DNA of 64,000 nucleotides, from NCBI GenBank assembly GCA_964016885.1, contig OZ024753.1, positions 23,126,001 to 23,190,000 of the forward strand, given 5' to 3'. The notes under the pieces are model-generated. The model searched no databases. It had not been told where the DNA came from and was given only the letters and a program-made list of their open reading frames with translations. The position numbers were made by a program, and so were the translations under genes. Positions within the stretch are counted from its first letter, which is position 1. Every line of letters begins with the position of its first letter. The DNA is from Eledone cirrhosa. Its lineage: Eukaryota. Below are positions 40,080 through 53,700 of the stretch, piece by piece.

Positions 40080-41495
40080 TTAGATGCAAATTTTTTTGAA
40101 TGTTTTACATACTTTTACTGTTCCATTAATGGATTGTACTTGTAATTTCCTAACTAGTTGTGTTCTTTCTGTTCCTGTGAACCCTAGCTTCTCAAGATTT
40201 GTATTGAGGCAGTTACTAACATATTCCAGTGCCCCAATAATCACAGGCATAAATCTGAAGGTGTAATCAGGGTGGAGTATCTGCAGATTTCTCATCAGTT
40301 CTGCATAAATATTCTCCTTTTCACGAATCTTTGATATTATATTGGCATATGCTGGGCAGCTAATTTCCACTACTGTGCCTGTTTTCTTCTTCCTGTCCCA
40401 TATCATAATATCTGGTCTGTTATGCCTGCATTTTATTGGGGTTTTTACTGGAACATTCCACCAGTACTCTTTTATATTATGTACATGGATGTCTTCCACA
40501 TTGTTGAAGCTTTTAATGTGTTTATTATCGGAGCTATCTTTTTTACGAACTGCATTGTACAGTGTTTTGGCCACTACATCATGCCTCATAGGTAGATAGT
40601 ATCGCGATGACATCTTTGGACAGCTGCTGATGACATGGGTGATATCCTCGATGTTAGTTCTGCAGAGTCTGCATTTGTTATCAAATCTAGGTGTTTTGCC
40701 TGCATCTCTATCTCTTTTGTGAATCAGGTATTTCGTGCTAATCTCCTGTTCCTGGATTGCAAAAGCGTATCCTTCAAAGTGGGAGCCAATATAGCGGTTG
40801 TTGGTCCAAGATAGACTACTTTCCTTATCTATATTACTCTCACTCTGGAGCTTCCTGGCAACATATCCATGCATGATTTTTTACTGATAGGCATGCAGAT
40901 TTTCATCCATGGATTCACTGCGATACTGCTAAGCGACATCCTGGGTGTGAGTTTTTGATTATCACACAGGGAATATCTCTCAAGGTGTTCCTTCCCAACT
41001 CTCATGATCTTATCTGTTTCATGCAGATATACTTGCTCGAGAAACGGGCTCCTACGTTTCGAGGTTCGTAGATGTTGTCGGAGAGATATAATGCGACATT
41101 CAAATGTTGTCTGGACTGATGTTAGGCCTCTGCCTCCCTACTTACGTTTCAAGTAAAGGCGGTCTATGTCACTGTTGATGTGGAAGTTTCCGGTGTTGTT
41201 CAGTATTTTTCGAGTTCCAACATCAACTGCTCGGATTTCGTCTATCGTCCAATTGAGTATTCCAATCGTTGGTGTTAGGACAGGCACAGCAAACTGTGAG
41301 CCACTGTTTTGTTTTGCGCAGCGAGTTCCGATGACCAGATCTTTCTTAATCGGGTGTAGTATTCCCTGGTTACGCGTTCTTTATTACAGATACCATTATA
41401 GGATATGTTCTCATCTATCTCCAGGTATCTGTAGCAGTCCTCATCAGATATCGGTGAAACAGTTAGACCATTGATGACAATGCTGCTAGATTGGG
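40080..41495 (-). mobile_element. 5'-truncated R4/Dong-like LINE with restriction-like endonuclease
   Basis: MHG, AIQEQ, CRLC...E.I.HV.S.C, RHD, RPD...E; RT-thumb remnants upstream. Confidence 0.85.
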
Positions 41496-41499
41496 TTGT

Positions 41500-41590
41500 T
41501 GTATGTGTGTATGTATGTATGTATGTATGTATGTATGTATGTATGTATGTATGTATGTATGTATGTATGTATGTATGTATGTATGTATGT
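41500..41590. repeat. (ATGT)n microsatellite between the two R4-like elements
   Basis: Seen directly. Confidence 0.95.
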
Positions 41591-44500
41591 TTTTTTTCTC
41601 TTTCTCTTAATTTCGAGTATATTTTTTTGACCGGCCACCTTCCTGGTGGCAAGGTTGTAAAAGAAAAGAAATTGTCATCCCTTGAATCGCAAGAATGTTT
41701 TGCAAATTTTGAAGGTGCCAGCTATCGCAGCCATTTGTAGACTATGAATTAGGGAGCTGCGCTTTTTGTCCGCAAATCCAAGTTCACTCATACTTTGATC
41801 CAAGCGGGTTGGTATATAACCCGTAGCACCAATAATGATGGGTATGAAGCTAAAGGTGTATCTTGGATACTGGATTTGTAAACTCCTCATCAATGGTCCG
41901 TAGATGTCCTCCTTCTCCTGTATTTTTCTGACAACGTTTACATCAAGTGGGCAGCTGATCTCCACAACAGAACACGTTTTCAATGTGTGGTCCCAAACTA
42001 CAATATCAGGCCGGTTGTGCTTTAATTTGGTGGCAGTTTTTATTTTCAGGTTCCACCAGTATTCCTTAGTGCCATCTGTCTCAATATATTCTTCCTCGTT
42101 TGTTGTTAATTTTGTTTTCCGAAGTGCGTTCCAGATGGTTCTAGCTATCCCATCGTGTCTCATGGGGAGGTAGTAGCGAGATGACATTATTTCGCAGCTG
42201 GCAACAATGTGGCTTACATCCTCGATCTTTGTTTTACATAGCCTACATTTATTGTCAGCTGCTGGCCCTCCTCTTTTGTGCAGCAGATATTTGGTAGGGA
42301 GTTCTTGTTCCTGCATTGCATAGAGATATCCCTCAAGGTGTGATGTCATAAACTTGTCGGAACTCCATGCCAGGCTTTTTGAGTGGTTTATCCCCTCTAT
42401 GGTCTGTGTTTTACGCCTCAAGTATCCATGCACAACTTTTTCTGTAAATTGGTCAATTTTTTAATCTTGTTTGAACATTGAATAGGATCTTCCGATTTCT
42501 CTGGGTGAGAGATTTATATCAGGCTTTATTCCATATCTCTCCTCCAGATCAGTCGCTATTCTAATGATATTTCTTTTTTCAATGGTCATAAACCTGGGCA
42601 AGATGGTTGCCAACCTTTTTCCTCTGTTGAAGGTGTTGATTCAGTGTTACTATCCGGGTCTCATATGTTGTTAATATTGATTTTAGACCCCGGCCACCTT
42701 CCTTGCGTGAGAAGTATAGCCTATCCACATCACCATTGATGTTAAAGTTCCCAGTAACACTGAGAAGTTTTCGAGTTCTAACATCCATCTCACTTAGTTC
42801 TTGCAATGTTCAGTAGGCCAAATGTTGGCGTTAGAATTGGCACAGCATAAGTATTGTGGGCAATGTATTTGTTGTATACTGACAGTTCTGATGACCATAT
42901 TTTCTTTACTCTTCCGAGGTATTCAGTTCTGGTTCTCTCCTTATTTATGGGTCCATCATATCTGACATTCTCATCCTGTCCAATATATCTGTAGTTGTCA
43001 CCTGACTGCAGAGGTTGTATTGTCAGGCCGTTCATCTCTAGATTTCTAGAGGAGGGCACAGCTCTTCCACGTTTTACTGCCAAATATGCACACTTGGACT
43101 CACCAAATTTCATTTTGATGTCGGTTGAAAATTGTGTAATGGGGTCTAATTGTTTCTTGACGTCATTGATATTTGGCCCATACAACTTCAGGTCATCAAC
43201 AAAGAAAAGATGGGAGATACTTCTGGGCCCACTTCTTTGTCCACCTTGTTTCCTGAGTAGGTAAGATAGTGGATTCAGTGAGAGAACGAAGAGTAGCACT
43301 GACAAGCTATCACCCTGAAAGATGCCCTTCTGGTAATGTATCTTATCAGTCTTAACCTGCTCCTTCTCACCTCTAAGGATCAAATTGGTGTACCAGTTCT
43401 TGGTCAGGCGTTCAACAGCAGCTACCAATGGTTGTGGGACTTTAGCTAACTGTAAAGCCTTAATAATCCACCCATGAGGTACACTATCAAATGCTTTTTG
43501 ATAGTCCAGCCACACGACAGTCATGTTTCTGCGATTCTTTGTTGTTTTTTTCCTGAATCATTTTGTTAGTTAGTAGGTGATCTATGCAACCCCAAACCTC
43601 CCTCTTTCCACCTACTTGCTCAGGTGTTATGATGTTGTTGGTAGCACAGTGATCCTTAAGGCACCCAGTATATAATTTATACATGATGTTTTGGCAGGCA
43701 ATTGGGCGGTAATTTTTAGCAAGGGTGGTTTGGCTATTTTTGGGAATGAGGAGAGTAGTGGCAGTTGATAACCATCTGGGCAGTTCTTGTGTGCCTTTAA
43801 TGGTTTCTGTAAACAGCCGTATGAGATCTTGCCGATAGAAAGTGAAATTCTTCAACCAAATCCTGTAATGAGGTCTGGGCCTGGCGATTTCCTATTCGAC
43901 ATTTTCTGTAGAGCTGTTTCCAGTATTGACCCATCTATGTCATATTGTTTTGTCTGGACATGTTGGCAGTAGTCCTGTTCCAGTTCTTTTAGCCAATTAG
44001 CTTGTCTGTTGAATCCGTCATCCGTTTCCCATACAGATCTCCAGTAGCTCTCAACCTGTTCTTTTGAAGGGGTGTCATTTACAGAGATTGAGCTTTTGCC
44101 ACCGAAGCTGCGATAAACTGATTTAGGATCTCTGGTAAACAATCTATTTAGCACTTGTCGTTTTTGTGCTGTTGACTTATATTTTAGTCTTTCTGTTGTA
44201 GCTGTGAGTTGTTGTTTCAACTGGTGTAATTTGGAGTTCAAAGTTTTAAATTTTGTATCTCCAAATCGTCTCTCTAACTTTTTCTTTAGGTCTTCCTGGT
44301 GTCGTGTGAAGTTGCTCTCTATGTTGCATTTCATAACGACTGCGATGTGTGAGATACTTCGTCTCAGGGACAAAATTTTGGTTTTTAAATTTCGCATCCA
44401 CGCTGGTTCAGGCTTTCTGTTTGTATCTTGATTGCGTGGTTTTAGATGTGTGTTATATGATAGCAATGTGACAGCTGAAACATATAACAAAACATTAAGC

Positions 44501-45801
44501 GTTTCAAATGTCGTTTCTACACCTTTAGATCGTATAGCCTTCAGATAATTGCCAGCTATTTCGTTCACCGCTTCCAATTCCAATTTAGTGGGTTCTTTAC
44601 TGACTCTAGTGTTGTATGGTCTGTCACTCACATTAAGGCTGTGTATCTCTTGAAACATATCGTTCGATATCACTTGTAGGGAGCCCACAAGTTTTTGGTG
44701 CTCTGTTTGTTCAGTAGAGTCATGAATTTCAGCCTCGTTGTTGATGAGGTGACAATTACTACTAGAGTCAGCTGACCTTTCTCGCTGTTCTTCAGTGGAA
44801 GAGGGATGGATTTCAGCAAAATTGTTGGTGAGCTGTTCACTGTTAGATTTAGCTGGCCATTCTCTTTGTCTGTCAGTGGAGGTGGGGTGGTTGTCTACAT
44901 AGGCTGTATTTGTAGTATCACTCAATTCCGTTAGATGTATCAATTTACATCTAATGATACGTTTTGCCTGTTCATTTAAATGCTTTGGAGAAAAGTCTAA
45001 TTCTGGGTGTTTGGAGTTCCATAAAGTGTTTAGCCTTTGCATAAAACCGAACTTTTGGGGTTCAGATTGTTTGTATGCTTCATATAATACTTTGTTAAGC
45101 TCGTAGCTCCACTGTGTACAACGGTTGTAGTTACGATTTGGTCGAAGGAGACTTGTACTTTTTGCCATGATGAGTTCGTCTATTCACTAATATTTCGTAT
45201 TTATTTTTCAAAATAGTCGATGATCTTCTTTAAAAGTTACGACAAAGTTCTGTCAGAATCAAATTTAAAGTTATTCACAGCTTGGGTAATATTTCTTTTC
45301 AGTTAGTTTTTAATTCTACAACTGTGTTTTAAACGTTGTTCTTGAATCGTTTGATTCGAGAACAAAAAGAACCGTTACTTAGTATATTCCTTTATGAATG
45401 TAATATAATATAACAACGCTGTATTTATATGTTAAAGTTTATGTATCATTCATATAAATAGGTGTTCTACAACCTATTCACAACATATTCACAGTTCAAA
45501 CACTTATATTTTTGTTTCTGAATCGAAAACGTTACTTGTATATTTCTTTATAAATGTAATATAACAACGTTGCATTTATATGTTAAAGTGTATGTATCGT
45601 TCATATATCATAAGTGTATGTATCGTTCATATAAATAGGTGTTTTACAACACACTTACAGTTCAAACACTTATGTAGAATTATTGTATGTAATCTTACCG
45701 CGTAATGTAGCTCAACTTTTTCCAATATATGGTATGTTGCCTTCATGTAAGCCGTAATTACACGTCCGATTATCGGACACTGACCACAACGGTCGCCATT
45801 T
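41590..45801 (-). mobile_element. Full-length degraded R4/Dong-like LINE (single ORF 45168 to 41675, RT + RLE), flanked by (TACA)n
   Basis: SPGPD, LLIPK, NYRPIAC, WLDYQKAFDSVPH, GIFQGDSLS, FFVDDLK, CCHC knuckle, RHD, RPD; ~630 nt 5' UTR with internal duplication; 3' UTR hairpin gccacc-aggaa-ggtggc. Confidence 0.88.
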
Positions 45802-45833
45802 TATGTATGTATGTATGTATGTATGTATGTATG

Positions 45834-45957
45834 CAGGATGGCGCAAATGTCTCGGACCGCATTAATCAGGGTGAAAACCGTTTATTTAACAGAAACAATA
45901 ATCTCTTTTAATATTCATTATCAAAAGTTATCTGGTACGTGACTTTTGCGCCATCTA

Positions 45958-45960
<3 letters not shown>
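45834..45960. mobile_element. Possible small Tc1/mariner-type MITE
   Basis: Imperfect terminal inverted repeat caggatggcgcaaatgtc ... gacttttgcgccatc. Confidence 0.4.
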
Positions 45961-46031
<71 letters not shown>

Positions 46032-46359
46032 ATGCCTACAAGCAGTATGTCTCAATAGTATATTTCAACATTTAAAACCTAGTCTCAACGGCGGTTCAAT
46101 GGACGCTAATTACGACAATTTGAATAGCTGATTAACTTTCTAATTTGAGAATTAAAGAAAACGTTAAATGAAGCAAATGTTTTATTTCAAAATATAATTT
46201 CAGTTTAATCGTTAATTCCAGAAATTAAAGATGTGTAACTCTGTAAAATCTGAATACAATATTACTGATTAAGTAAAGTTCAGTAAAATTGAATCACTTT
46301 AGAAATATTCCTAAAAAGTCTGGTCGCGAATTATTAAAAAAAAAAAACCTCAATAAATT

Positions 46360-46701
46360 GAAAGTTACTTTTATTAGCCATCTTTAGAAAGGTGGTGGAC
46401 TGGTGTGACCGGTTGAGCGTCGGGCAACATGCTCTGCGGTTGTCGAAGCATCGACCTCTCTCTCTGATAGGTTCGTGGGAGGGCCTGGAGTAGTGGATAC
46501 TTCCGGTGTTCCGGCCCCCCTCCCTCTCTGCTCACCCTTATTGGAGCAGACTTGGCTGCCCGTAATTGCGAGGTGGGGAAGTGGCTGTTCCAGCGCGTCT
46601 CCCTCGCCGTCAGAGCAATATATTCTCCATCCTGTCGGCCCGGATCAAGTAGTGGAGGGTAAGATAGTTGGAGGTGAAGGATACTCGTTCGGACGTCACA
46701 T
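46360..46701 (-). mobile_element. GC-rich block, possible solo LTR remnant
   Basis: Sharp GC shift; minus strand starts TGTGAC and ends AATAAA...CA; no TSD identified. Confidence 0.25.
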
Positions 46702-47409
46702 ATATATACACACACATACAAAGATGGCAATTTAATGTTCTATTGAAATAGCTGTTGTTTAAATACATATCGTTCTGATTCAGAAGATTCATGGTTATAA
46801 TGTCATTTCTTTCTCATTCCAAGGAATATATCATCCGAAATCCCTTTATTTTTAAGGAGATTGAGCGTGATTTTAATGGAATTAACACGGTGATTGCTGA
46901 TATCTACTTGTAACTACATGGACTGAGCGTTCGTTTGTTTATTTCGCCGTCGGTGACAGTAAAGAATATGGACCTATGTTACATTATCTCAATCAATCGG
47001 CCTAGCACTGCAATCATTAGAAAGACAATAATATGGAGCCCAAAATGGAAACAAATTTCTCGATGTTTCTATAAGTGGTTGATTTATCGACTTAAAACGT
47101 CTGACTGTGTCAGGAGTCAACAACTTAATTTAAACAGCAGATTTACCATTTCCTAAATGTGAAATTAAAAGCGGTTATATATTTTAAATGACATTAGTCA
47201 ATGGAAACGATATTAATATCTATATATTTGTTATTCAAAGCTTTCTAACAATTCGCTCAACATTTACATATCATTGAAAGAGAAAGGCAACCAATAGAAT
47301 AAACGTTACCTCATAACACAGATATGTCAGAAATAAAGAATTATTATTCAAGGTAACTTTTCAGATACCAACGGCGCATACACATGGGGACTTGTACACA
47401 CATAAACAA

Positions 47410-47580
47410 ATACACACACACACACAAGCAAACACACACACAGGGAAACACACACACAGGGAAACACACACACAGGGAAACACACACACAGGGAAACACA
47501 CACAGGGAAACACACACACAGGGAAATGCACACACAGGGAAACACACATGCACTCACAGGAATACATATACACACACAGT
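47410..47580. repeat. (CAGGGAAACACACACA)n CA-derived minisatellite
   Basis: Seen directly. Confidence 0.85.
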
Positions 47581-47654
47581 CACATATATATAATTGTTGA
47601 TATGCATTGACGGTTTCTAGAAACTAGTAGAGAGGCCTGTGTATATATATATAT

Positions 47655-47892
47655 ATATATATATTTGTAGCTCTCCCTCGTATAGATGTGAATATATATT
47701 TGTAGCTCTCCCTCATATAGATGTGTATATAAATTTGTAGCTCTCCCTCGTATAGATGTGTGTATATATTTGTAGCTCTCCCTCGTAATGATATCTATAT
47801 ATATATTTGTAGCTCTTCCTCGTATAGATGTGTATATATATTTGTAGCTCTCCCTCGTATAGATGTGTATATATATGTGTAGCTCTCCCTCG

Positions 47893-47925
<33 letters not shown>

Positions 47926-48114
47926 AGCTCTCCCTCGTATAGATGTGCATATATATTTGTAGCTCTCCCTCGTATAGATGTATATATATATATTTGTAGC
48001 TCTCCCTCGTATAAATGTGTATATATATTTGTAGCTCTTCCTCGTATAGATGTGTATATATATTTGTAGCTCTCCCTCGTATAGATGTGTATATATATGT
48101 GTAGCTCTCCCTCG

Positions 48115-48147
<33 letters not shown>

Positions 48148-48955
48148 AGCTCTCCCTCGTATAGATGTGCATATATATTTGTAGCTCTCCCTCGTATAGA
48201 TGTATATATATATATTTGTAGCTCTCCCTCGTATAAATGTGTATATATATTTGTAGCTCTCCCTCGTATAGATGCGTATATATATTTGTACCTCTCCCTC
48301 GTATAGATGCGTATATATATTTGTACCTCTCCCTCGTATAGATATATATAGATATATATTTGTAGCTCTCCCTCGCATAGATGTATATATATATTTGTAG
48401 CTCTCCCTCGTATAGATGTGTATATATATTTGTAGCTCTCCCTCGTATAGATGTGTATATATATTTGTAGCTCTCCCGCGTATAGATGTGAATATATATT
48501 TGTTGCTCTCCCTCGTAAAGATGTGTGTATATATTTGTAGCTCTTCCTCGTATAGATGTGAGTATATATTTGTAGCTCTCCCACGTATAGATGTGTATAT
48601 ATATTTGTAGCTCTCCCTCGTATAGATGTATATATATATTTGTTGCTCTTCCTCGTATAGATGTGAGTATATATTTGTTGCTCTCCCTCGTATTGATGTG
48701 TGTATATATTTGTAGCTCTCCCTCGTATAGATGTGTGTATATATTTGTAGCTCTCTCTCGTATAGATGTGTGTATATATTTGTAGCTCTCCCTCATATAG
48801 ATGTGTATATATATATGTGTAGCTCTCCCTCGTATAGATGTGTATATATATGTGTAGCTCTCCCTCGTATAGATGTGTATATATATGTGTAGCTCTCCCT
48901 CGTATAGATGTGTATATATATATGTGTAGCTCTCCCTCGTATAGATGTGTATATG
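47655..48955. repeat. ~34 bp minisatellite TTTGTAGCTCTCCCTCGTATAGATGTG(TA)n
   Basis: Over 35 units with a variable TA spacer; a 222 bp block repeats at ~47810 and ~48030. Confidence 0.95.
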
Positions 48956-49689
48956 TATCATATTTTAACGAAAATCTGCCCACATGAACTCAGTTTTATC
49001 AAATATATATATATATATTATGACAGAGAAATAACGTACCTGTCTATATATATTCATATATATATATATGGTATCCGTGTTGTGAATACACTTTAATCTT
49101 GACGTAAGTATCCAATTAAGTCGTGAATATATTACAATACATTTACATATAATGTAAAGTATGTAATTTAAATGTTGAGAGAAAACGGCTGGTCGATTCG
49201 ATTGTGTTAGGGGAAATCAACTGATAGTCCAGCAGATTTTATCACCTGACCTGTTTTGAGATGTGTTAATGCCGAAGAAACTTATATATCAAGTTTCTAG
49301 TAACATATATCTTGGTGTTAGATAGGTACCGAAGTTTGATAATCTTTTTTTTTATATTTCTGAAGGTAACCAAAAAACTATCTTCTCACAAGCATTAATC
49401 CACCTTTATATCAGCTCGCTTTCAGGAATGTTGGTATCATTTAAGTACATGTTATTGAATAGTAGAGCCGCTGGTAGTTAAATGGGCACCCCACACAAGA
49501 CTAACATGGGGTAGCTAGAAAACCAGCAGCAATAAAGTATGATCTCTGAAAAGACACCTGAGCCTATCTTAGTCAATTAACTCTAGTAGATCTGGATATA
49601 CGAATGCTCATACTAAATCCGGTATAATGTGGCTAAATTTTCTTAGAATGAATTTCAATTCGTGCAGACAGCGATTGAAGCAGTGAAAG

Positions 49690-50160
49690 CGTATATTTAA
49701 GTAGAGTTTCTAGGAAGCTAGTTGTGTGAGTATATTCCACTTTTCTGAGTTACAAAGCCGGCAAAATTCCGTCTCATTAACTCAGGGGGTAAATCTTTCT
49801 AATATACTCCATTTAATGGAAAAAGGTGTGCCGTTATTTTTAAGGCTCCATACATGGTTTGTGAGCTGGGTAGCACGTTTTTGTCAGGATGTCTTGGGGT
49901 TGTTTCATGGTTCAGGTACCGGGTTTGAATTGGCTGTCAGACATTCCGACATAGGTGTAGGCTTCAGTTTGGTGGTTTAGGTTGACGGAGGTCACCTTTG
50001 CATGGTATATCACCGCTGGAGTGTTGCACTGTTGACCTAGTGTATATGTCTCTGGCCTTCTGCATGAGCATTCGTACGGTTGAGGGCGTTTGCCGGTGAC
50101 GTGGGTTTTAATATTATTGGCTCACGTGTAGCCTAATTTCATTGTATGGTGATTGAATAT
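49690..50160 (-). pseudogene. Degraded Neptune-type PLE GIY-YIG remnant (not in ORF track)
   Basis: Manual translation: ECSCRR...CNTPAVIYHAKV...YVGMS...RYLNH...WSLK...IKWSIL...CRLCNSEK, with stops and frameshifts. Confidence 0.7.
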
Positions 50161-50601
50161 TTGTCGGTATTCTGAAAAATTCTATCGACCAAACTAACTA
50201 ATTAGAATATCAAGGAATATATTTTCTGTGAATCACTAATTTGAATTCCAAGGAATTTGATTTCTTTGAATTACTAACTTAGCATCAATTCCCTACATTT
50301 GGTATTAGTTTTAGGATAGTTACCTCCTTTTAACCTATTCCAATAATTCTGTTTATCTATAGCTAATTTCGAAATTATCTGCCCCTGTAAGAGCACTCAT
50401 ATATTTTTCAAAAGAAATCACATTCAACCGTGGTAGTGGCCATCTTTATTTATGTAACGGACTGAATGAGTTGGGGTGTATAACCCAACGAAATTTAAGT
50501 ACCTGTATATGTCACTGTTATAACTAATTATACTTAATTACTCTTATGGTCTGAGTGCTCTTTTCTTACTCTTGGATATATCTACCATAGTTATAAAATA
50601 G

Positions 50602-50664
<63 letters not shown>

Positions 50665-50726
50665 GTGAGGGAGAGATTGAATCGAATGAGAGTTCGTGGC
50701 AAATATATTAATAAAACTTATATCGG

Positions 50727-53700
50727 GGTGTGTCATGTTGGTGCGACCAGGCTGCGTGTGTCATGTTGGTGCAACCAGGCTGCGTGTGTCATGTTGGAGC
50801 AAGCAGGCTGCCTGTGTCATGTTGGTGCAAACAGGATGCCTGTGTCATGTTGGTGCAAACAGGCTGCCTTTGTCAAGTTGGAGCAAGCAGGCTGCCTGTG
50901 TCATGTTGGAGCAAGCAGGCTGCCTGTGTCATGTTGGAGCAAGCAGTCTGCCTGTGTCATGTTGGTGCAACCAGGCTGCCTGTGTCATGTTTGTGCAAGC
51001 AGACTGCCTGTGTCATGTTAGTGCAACCAGGTTGCCTGTGTCATGTTGGTGCAACCAGACTGCCTGTGTCATGCTGGTGCAACCAGGTTGCCTGTGTCAT
51101 GTTGGTGCAACCAGACTGCCTGTGTCATGTTGGTGCAACCAGACTACCTGTGTCATGTTGGTGCAACCAGACTGCCTGTGTCATGTGCGTACAACCAGGC
51201 TGCCTGTGTCATTTTGGTGCAACCAGACTACCTGTGTCATGTTGGTGCAACCAGACTGCCTGTGTCATGTTGGTGCAACCAGACTGCCTGTGTCATATTG
51301 GTGCAACGTAGACTGCCTGTGCCATGTTGGTGTAACCAGACTGCCTGTGTCAAGTTGGTGCAACCACAATGCCTAAATAAAAGGCACAACCTTGAAGTTC
51401 ATCAGACAGAAGAAAGTGACGTTCGAATTCTCATCTCCAGATTTAATATTCTGTTATTCTAAACAAAACATCTAAAGAAAGCTTATTAAAGCTCGTGGGC
51501 ATTAAGGTTGTACAACCAGGCTGCCTGTGACATGTTGGTTGGAGAAACATAACACAGGCAGTCTGGTTGCACCAACATGACACAGGCAGCCTGGTTGCAC
51601 CAACATGTCACAGGCAGTCTGGTTGTACGAACAAGACACAGGCAGCCTGGTTGTACAACCTTAATGCCCACGAGCTTTAATAAGTTTTCTTTGATGTTTT
51701 GTTTAGAATAACAGAATATTAAATCTGGAGATGAGAATTCGAACGTCACTTTCTTCTGTCTGATGAACTTCAAGGTTGAGCCTTTTATTTAGGCAGTTTG
51801 GTTGACCCCAACATGACACAGGCAGTCTGGTTGCACCAGGCTGCCTGTGACATGTTGGTGCAACCAGGCTGCCTGTGTCATGTTAGTGCAACCAGACTGC
51901 CTGTGTCATGTTGGTACAGCCAGGCTGATTGTGTCATGTTCGTACAACCAGACTGCCTATGTCGTGTTCGTACAACCAGGCAGCCTGTGTCATGTTGGTG
52001 ACACCAGACTGTCTGTGTCACGTTCGTACAACTAGACTGCCTGTGTCATGTTTGTGCAACCAGACTGCCTGTGAAATGTTGGTGCAACCAGACTGCATGT
52101 GTCATGTTGGTACAACCAGGCTGCCTGTGTCATGTTGGTGTAACCAGATTGCCTATTTCATATTGGTGCAATCAGGCTGCCTGTGTCATGTTGGTACAAA
52201 CAGGCTGCCTGTGTCATGTTGGGTCAACCAGGCTGCGTGTGTCATGTTGATAAACCAGGCTGCCTGTGTCTTGTTTGTACAACCAGACTGCCTGTGTCAT
52301 GTTGGTGTAACCAGGCTGCCTGTGTCTTGTTCGTACAACTAGGCTGCCTGTGTCATGTTGGTGCAACTAAGCTGCCTGTGTCATGTTCGTACAACCAGGC
52401 TGCCTGTGTCGTGTTCGTACAGCCAGACTGCATGTGTATTGTTCGTACAACCAGGCTGCCTATGTTATGTTGGTGCAACCAGACTGTCTATGTCATATTG
52501 GTGCAATCAGGCTGCCTGTGTCATGTTGGGACAAAAAGGCTGCCTGCGTAATGTTGGTACAACCCGGCTGCCTGTGTAATGTTGGTGCAACCAGACAGCC
52601 TGTGTCATGTTAGTCCAACCAGGTTGCCTGTGTATTGTTGGTGCAACCAGTCTGCCTGTGTCATGTTCGTACAAACAGGCTGCCTCTGTCATATTGGTAC
52701 AACCAGGCTGCCTGTGTTATGTTCGTAAAACCAGGTTGCCTGTGTCATGTTGGTCCAACCAGACTGCCTGTATCATGTTGGTGCAACCAGACTGCCTGTA
52801 TCATGTTGGTGCAACCAGGCTGCCTGTATCATGTTGGTGCAACCAGACTGCCTATGTCATGTTGGTGTAACCAGGCTGTCTATGTATTTTTCGTACAACC
52901 AGGCTGCCTGGGTCATGTTGGTGCAACCAGACTGCCTGGGTCATGTTGGTGCAACCAGACTGCCTGTGTCATGTTGCTGCAACCAGGCAGCCTGTGTCAT
53001 GTTCGTACAACCAGGCTGCCTGTGTCATGTTGCTGTAACCACACTGCCTGTGTCTTGTTTGTAAAAGCAGGCTGCCTGTGTCAATGTTGTTGCAACCAGG
53101 CTGCCTGTGTCATGTTGGTGCAACCAGACTGCCAGTGTCATGTTGGTGCAACCAGACTGCATGTGTCATGTTGGTGCAACCTGGCTGCCTGTGTCATGTT
53201 GGTGCAACCGGACTGCCTGTGTCATGTTGGTGCAACCAGGCAGCCTGTGTCATGTTCGTACAAACAGGCTGCCTGTGTCATGTTGCTGTAACCAGGTTAC
53301 CTGTGTCTTGTTCATACAAGCAGTCTGCCTGTGTCATGTTGGTGCAACCAGGCTGCCTGGGTCATGTTGGTCCAACCAGGCTGCCTGTGTTATGTTGGTG
53401 CAACCAGACTGCCTGTGACATGTTGGTGCAACCAGGCAGCCTGTGTCATGTTCGTACAACCAGGCTGCCTGTGTCATGTTGGTGCAACCAGGTTGCCTGT
53501 ATCATGTTTGTGCAAGCAGACTGCCTGTGTCATGTTGATGCAACGAGGCTCCCTTTGCATGTTGGTGCAACCAGACTGCCTGTTTCATGTTAGTACAACC
53601 AGACTGCCTGTGTCATGTTGGTGCAACCAGGCTGCCTGTGTCATATTGGTACAACCAGGCTGCCGGTCTCATGTTCGTGCAACCAGACTACTCGTGTCAT

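Noticed and set aside
45730-45801. HDV-like ribozyme at the R4-like element 5' end
   Set aside because: Two small hairpins are visible but the nested double pseudoknot could not be assembled by eye
47580-48983. 467 aa repetitive ORF ([10 protein letters not shown])
   Set aside because: Minisatellite translation with frame-shifting TA spacers
51750-51797. CTGATGA in the satellite spacer as hammerhead or C/D snoRNA box
   Set aside because: No GAAA/UH, and no proper box C-box D pair with terminal stem
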